Shown: piece by piece, positions 57,791-64,000 of the stretch | Layout: every line of letters begins with the position of its first letter | Position numbering within the stretch: the stretch's first letter is position 1 | DNA from: Octopus vulgaris | Taxonomy: Eukaryota | NCBI GenBank assembly: GCA_951406725.2 | Contig: OX597818.1 | Coordinates: 114,638,001-114,702,000 of the forward strand | Length of the DNA: 64,000 nucleotides | Direction: 5' to 3' | The notes under the pieces: generated by a model | What the model was told of the DNA's origin: nothing | Database searches by the model: none | Seen by the model: only the letters and a program-made list of their open reading frames with translations | Program-made: the position numbers and the translations under genes

Positions 57791-60700
57791 CATATACTCA
57801 ATGCCACGAACATTTGAACGCTATAAAGAACTCATTGTGTAGGTCGTTCGGCAAACGTCGACTGTTCATACGTCGTCTTAGGAGAAAACAGTTTGAATTA
57901 TTTTAGCCGTATTTATATTAGATGGAGTGTGCATCATTTATCATTAGTATTTACAGGTTGGCACTTTCCTGTTTTGGCATTGATTATATTTGTTGACGTG
58001 CCGTTTATTTCCCTTCATTTACTGATAGGGTGCGATGTGTTTAAATTTAATTTTTATCTTTTTATTTCTCTGTTAATTTTTTAAAGACGAACTCTTTTTT
58101 TTCTGTCACGCTTCCTGTAATAAATTCATTTGGTTTCGCGTGCTTGTATTACATTGCACTTTTAAATATTGTTGCTTTAGAGATTAGGAAATTTTAAGCA
58201 CTTGCTTTTTTGAGAATGTTGGTATATAAGTCGTCTTAATCAAATCATAAAATTCAAATCAAACTTGACAATTTGTGTCACCGTTTGTTATTTTCAGACT
58301 GAAGCATATTTTTTTCCAAACATAAAACTAGGCCTACATTACTCTGTATTTGAATTGCATTTTAAAAGCTTCTACATCACTTATAAGACGGCAGTGTGAT
58401 TACGGAAGCAATATTTATCAGTTGTTCCTTCTAAGCCGGATTAGGTGTTCTTTGATCGGTACGGCTTGATCCAATTTTGACTCCTCTTCATTATTTTGTA
58501 TCATTACTCGTATGATAACACTATAAACAGGATACGCTATACAAAATAAGCAACTTGTGAAAAGTCATATCATATACTTACTGAGGAATTAGAAAAGTAG
58601 AGGTTCTAATTTGAAAAGAAATGAAATCGGAAGAAAATACATTAAGAAAAGGTAAAAATACATTAAAAATGAACGAAAATACTAAAATAACACGTCTGAC
58701 ATTTGGAAAACAATTAGAAAGTTTGAGACATTGTATTTACACAAGCCAACCCTAAAACAAAAGCTGATGACGGTCTGCGAGAGCTCATTCACTCCATTCT
58801 CTTGTTTCACCATTTCTTTCTAATTATTATCATTTTTCTTCCTAGGAATTTTATCTTATCTTCTCTCCTTCATTTTGCTATTTTGCACAATAAAGGAAAT
58901 GTCAAAAATTGTAAGTGAATGTGTGAGAAAAATATTTGAACTCTGAAAAATATATCTATGAAGCGACGTTTTCAGTCATTAACGTTTCTCTGCTAACTTA
59001 TCAAATACTTATCAAACACAATTACATGCAAAAGACGGTTTTGAAAAATTTTAAATTGCTAATTTTCCAAGATTTTAATTGTTGTGTATGAAGTGCCCCG
59101 GGACCCCATGGTTTAAATCCGACCCTGGATATTTAACCAATTAACTAACCAGAAAGAAAGTGATATTGAACTATTGCATGTATCATTATTGGCGTGATGA
59201 CTCTCACAAGACACGACCATACATAATCATTTACATTTTTACGCTCTATGTCTATAAGCGAATACTGCGTTTGAGTAAGACTTTCAGGATATACACACTT
59301 CAAGCACGCATACAGACGCTTAACATTTCAACTTCACATATATTTCTCAATATATAAAAAAGCACTGGTCCTCTTAGTTAGATGATTACCAAAAGCTTGC
59401 TTTTGCTACATGTTGCAGTCACTCAATTTAGAAAAATGCTCAAAAAACTTTAAGAATTCTGCATGGTTTTGAGTCGTTGCTCCTTAAAGAACCCAATCAG
59501 TATTTCTTTTATATTTTCCCATAAGTGGCTTCAGAGTGATAACTATGCCTATAATAGCTTCTACTCTAGTTTCCTGTTAATAGATAGGATATACCAAATC
59601 CTCTTTGAAAAAGGAGCAGAATTGTTTCGGTTTGAGCCTTTGGGTATATTTTATTTTTGCTGTTGAAGCACGTCATTTCGCTGCGTTTGCCTCATTTTAT
59701 TTCGGTCAGATATTGCATCTTCTGTATTGATTGATTAATGTCGCTTTGTTATGAAAAATTGCAGTTTTGAAGAATGCTTCTGGTTTAGCTATTTGTACAG
59801 GAAATACGTGATTAGTTCTGGGGCCTTGTGTGCATGTGTGCGTGTGTGGGGGGGGGGGGAGAGAGAGAGAGAGGGTGAGAGAGAAAAAGATTGACCAGAT
59901 ATGAATTTACAATAAAGTATTTCATTTTTCAGTTGGGTATGAGTCGTAAGTGAATTATTTCCAACGACACAATTTAATTATTCACTGAGGCTGTTGCTTG
60001 CATAGAAATATCAGGTTTCATTTTTGTCTTTATCAGCATTCTTTCCATTTACTGCCCTCTCACTTTCATTCAAAATTTCTCCGTGGGTCATTCTTAATTG
60101 TGTTTTCACCTTGACAGTTGTTTGTGTATTCAGGCTATATTGTTAGGAATAACTTCTTCGAAAATATGATTTTATGAATCTTGGCCATTCTATCAGGGAC
60201 ATACATAATGCATGTAGCTAGCATTATGGACATAAATTGCTTCCGTTTTATATCATTGACTTTCATATTACATAACTTATTTCATCTTGTGGAGTTCTTT
60301 ATCAACTGGTTTTCTGTTCCTCTTGAGAATATGCAGGCTCGATTGTGTTGGAATTCTTCTTGACACGTGATGACCTAACTGGTTCGTTTAGATCGTACCC
60401 TGTTACTTCACTTATATTTTGTCACTTCCATATTGTGGATGCATTTTTTATTATATTTGCTTTACCGTTATATGTATATTTGTTTCCTGAAAAGAATGCA
60501 ATCGGATATTCTAGTCGTCAACGGCCGTAGTGTGTTCTTCTGCTAGAGAAAGTTTACAACGAGAAATAATAAAATCACCAAAACGAAAGCCATTCCTAGG
60601 CTGAGTTGCTATTGTCAATAGTGCGACGAACAAAATCCTTTACGGAATAGAGGTTGATTACCTTTATGTTCTCAGTTCAAATACTAGAAGCTATGTTTGC

Positions 60701-61024
60701 TACTCATCGTACCGGGATCAAATACCAGTGAAGTTACTTTGGTTAATTTTACTCCACCTCTCCCACCTAGGTACCGATTAAGTTGACTACCTCTCCCACC
60801 CCACCCCACCATCATCAACAATATTTGACTTTCTGCCAATGTAATTAATCCTCATTAATTCTTTTCTCAATATCGCCATCATTATCTCCATCGTCGTTGT
60901 CCTAAAAGTACTATTTTTTCTGTTAGTCTTATCTCTTATACTACGGGATGGGATCATATGTATTCTGGGGTCACGAAACAACCTTTTAAACAGTGTTTCA
61001 TTTAGTTTCGTCGTGGCGCCTATC

Positions 61025-61230
61025 TGGGAGAATGGCTAGCAGACCCAATAAAACGTTTAACGGCATTTCCTTCGACTTTACGTTCGAAATTCAAATTCTG
61101 CCGATGTCGACTTTGCTTTTCAACCTTTCAGGGTCGATAAATTTAGTACCAGCCGATTACTGGGAGTTGATGTAATCGACTACCCTCTCCTTCTTCCAAA
61201 ATTTCAGGTCTTGTGCCTGTAGTTAAAAGG
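61025..61230 (+). mobile_element. SINE family C, old copy
   Basis: TTCAAATTCTGCCGATGTCGACTTTGCTTTTCAACCTTTCAGGGTCGATAAATTTAGTACCAG. Confidence 0.7.
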
Positions 61231-62109
61231 GTTATTTAATGGCGATAAGAATAGAAAGAGTGATCACTGACATTTTCGCCGCTTTATGCGTAATAATCTA
61301 ATCAACTCACTACAGCACCCGTTCTGCAGACACCACGTTCTTTTCTCTCTCTGTCTCTTAAGTATTCTGTTATTCGCTCACTGCAACACAGAACATCCCT
61401 ATCTCAACGCGGGTACCGCTATCGCACTCCACTTTTCTGTGTCATTTCAGCCCTCCAACAAGCTCCTCAGTAGTCACGTCCTCAATCAGGATGCACCGTA
61501 TCCTCAGAGTTGTAGAAGTGCCTTCAACTGCTCGCCGAGGTTTTTACTGCTGACATAGTTACAAATATTTAAAATTAACATTGTATTGACTTAACCAGCC
61601 CCAGAAAGCTTGTAAAGACCACAGATATAAAGCATCATATAAATCTGGATGGCTATTGCTCAAATCTGAGGGGGGCCACTAACTCCCACAAGTGAGAGAA
61701 AACAAAATTAACAAAATTAAATCTAACTCAATAATACAATTTAGAACACTGAATAACTCCACAGGTAGAAAGCATGGGGTCTTCAATTAGTAGAAATATA
61801 AGGAGACACGTAAAAATAGGGATTTTTGTTAAACAAATAGACATTCAACAAAGGCCTCTCCGTTTCAGTTATAAAAAGAATTCAGACAGTTAGTAATTCA
61901 TTGTTTCGAAGAGAAATTCAGAACACTTGCTGTATAATTAATGTCTTGTCAACAGCTTTGTTATAAAACATATCACAGTTTTAATAAAAAGAAAGGTTAA
62001 AGCTACAAAAATACCAGGAAGTGTTTTGCAATGCATCACGTGTCAGAAAAATTAACGACATGCCTCAGCTACATTAATATATGTTCACAGGAGAACACAG
62101 CTAAACCAC

Positions 62110-62174
<65 letters not shown>

Positions 62175-62266
62175 CATACATCTCTCTCCACACACACTCA
62201 CACGCATCCACACACAAACGCACACACACACACACACACTAACACATACACACAAACACACACACA

Positions 62267-62314
<48 letters not shown>

Positions 62315-62369
62315 CATGCATGCATTCATACACACATCACAGACATATATACAGATATGTGTACATGTT

Positions 62370-62410
<41 letters not shown>

Positions 62411-62780
62411 ATATATATATATATATACATACATCTCTCTCCACACACACTCACACGCATCCACACACAAACGTGCACACACACTAACGCATACACACAC
62501 ACGCACACACACACAAACACAGAGGCATACAGTAACTCTACTCCATTCTGCCAAGTATTCCAAAGGAATATTTTCATTCCGTAATCGTTCAAATAATGTC
62601 GTGACTCCGAAAAGGAAGAATAAATCATTTTCACACCACCGTAGACAACAGCAACAATAACACCACCACTACCACCACCAACAACAACAACAACAACAAT
62701 AATTTCTGATTGAGCATAAACTCAGTAATTTGAAGAGCGGTACAGCTCAGCCGATTACGTTGACCTCGTTATTTACCAGG

Positions 62781-64000
62781 TACGAGGGGCGTTCAATAAG
62801 TAATGCCCCTGACCCACTTCCCATAGCAGTAGAGCAACAAAACTTGGCACAGTTATTAGTCTTTTTCTACATAGGAACCACTGAGAGTTACGCATTTCTC
62901 CCATTGTTTGAGGCAGCTCTGGAGACCGTTTTTGTAGAAGACCCCAGCTTGGTCCTCCAACCTCAACGTGACTTCAGAAATCAAGGCTGCATCATCTGGG
63001 AAACGCTTTCCTTTCAAAAACAACTTCATGACTGGGAAGAGGTGAAAATCAGAGGGTGCAAGGTCAGGAAAGTAGGGGGATGGGGGAGGAGTTCATAGCC
63101 ATACGCCTGTGCTTCTGATCTGGCGACAAGCGAGTTGTGGACCGGAGCGTTGTCCTGCAGGAGGAGGATGCCTTTGCTGATCTTGCCCCGCCTCTTGATT
63201 TTGATAACTTCTCTTAATTTCCTCAAAAGTGAAGCATAATAAGCTCCTGCAATTGTGGTACCCTTTGCCAGGAAATCTGTCATCACTACTCCGTCCTGGT
63301 CCCAGAAGACTGTGAGCATGACCTTGCCAGCGGAGGGCTGCACCCTTGCCTACTTTGGAGGGGGTGAGTCACGGTGCTTCTACTGCATTGACTGGGCTTT
63401 GGTCTCTGGATCATCGTGATGGACCCAGGTTTCATCCTGTGTAATCAGTATTTTGAAAAATTTTGACTCATCTTCTTGGCACATCTCCAAATTCACCCTC
63501 GAGCACTCGACGCGTTCTTGCTTCTGGAAAGGCGTGACCAACCTGGGAATCCATCTGGCAGACACCTTTTGCATATGCAAATGGTCATGAATGATAGTTT
63601 CCACAGACCCGGTACTAATCTTGACCTCATGGGCTATTTGGCGAATAATTATGCGTCGATCTTCCAAAATGGCAGCCTCAACTTGACGGACAGATGCCTC
63701 ATCAATGGCAGAAGGGGCGACCAGATCTGGGAGCTGTTTCCACAGAGTTCCGACCATGTTTGAATTCACGATGCCAGCGTTTTACAAGGTCATATGATGG
63801 GGCATCATCACCATAAGTTACTTTCATTTCATCAAAAGTCTCCCGTGGTATGCGTCCTTTCAAATACAAAAACCGGATCACTGCTCTACACTCAACAGGC
63901 TCCATTTCACACTTGACTCGGTTCAAACACCTGTAAATCAGAAACCACAATTAATTCAGAGCTGTAATTTGCCATTTTCTCTATAGAGATATAAATGATT
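62781..64000 (-). mobile_element. mariner transposon with a frameshifted transposase (ATG ~63905); left end runs off the window
   Basis: MEPVECRAVIRFL, WIPRLVT, TQDETWVHH, SAGKVMLTVFWD, LLQDNAPVH, HPP(YSPDLAP) motifs in three broken ORFs; TIR-like TACGAGGGGCGTTCAATAAGT at 62781. Confidence 0.95.

Noticed and set aside
58762-58790. CTGATGA motifs here and at ~2665
   Set aside because: No properly placed stem II plus GAAA or stem I; 7-mers are expected by chance.
61290-61560. Possible non-LTR RT C-terminal fragment on the minus strand (WSAIAVPALR*G)
   Set aside because: Single weak motif, not supportable without a search.
62170-62500. Direct duplication of a ~50-bp segment
   Set aside because: Embedded in CA/TA microsatellite; ordinary slippage.

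Overview
AT-rich, extremely microsatellite- and SINE-dense eukaryotic DNA; the repeat repertoire resembles a cephalopod (Octopus-like) genome, which is an inference. I find no convincing host protein-coding exon, and almost all ORFs in the supplied track are microsatellite or SINE translation artefacts. Recognisable content: four tRNA-derived SINE families, decayed piggyBac and mariner transposons, R4/Dong-like and HERO/NeSL-like non-LTR fragments, a Penelope RT/GIY-YIG remnant, and a 997-bp solo LTR with an ATAT target-site duplication. The most striking signal is RNA-structural. A near-identical 487-bp tandem array (43474-44594) carries a complete type I hammerhead ribozyme on the minus strand of each unit plus extensive base-pairing, as expected of a non-LTR retrozyme/circRNA-producing element. 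About ten further intact or decayed Penelope-type hammerheads from several families are scattered through the window. One family shows compensatory stem I changes, and one appears fused to a tRNA-like SINE head. All calls were made by eye; boundaries are approximate unless motifs are quoted.
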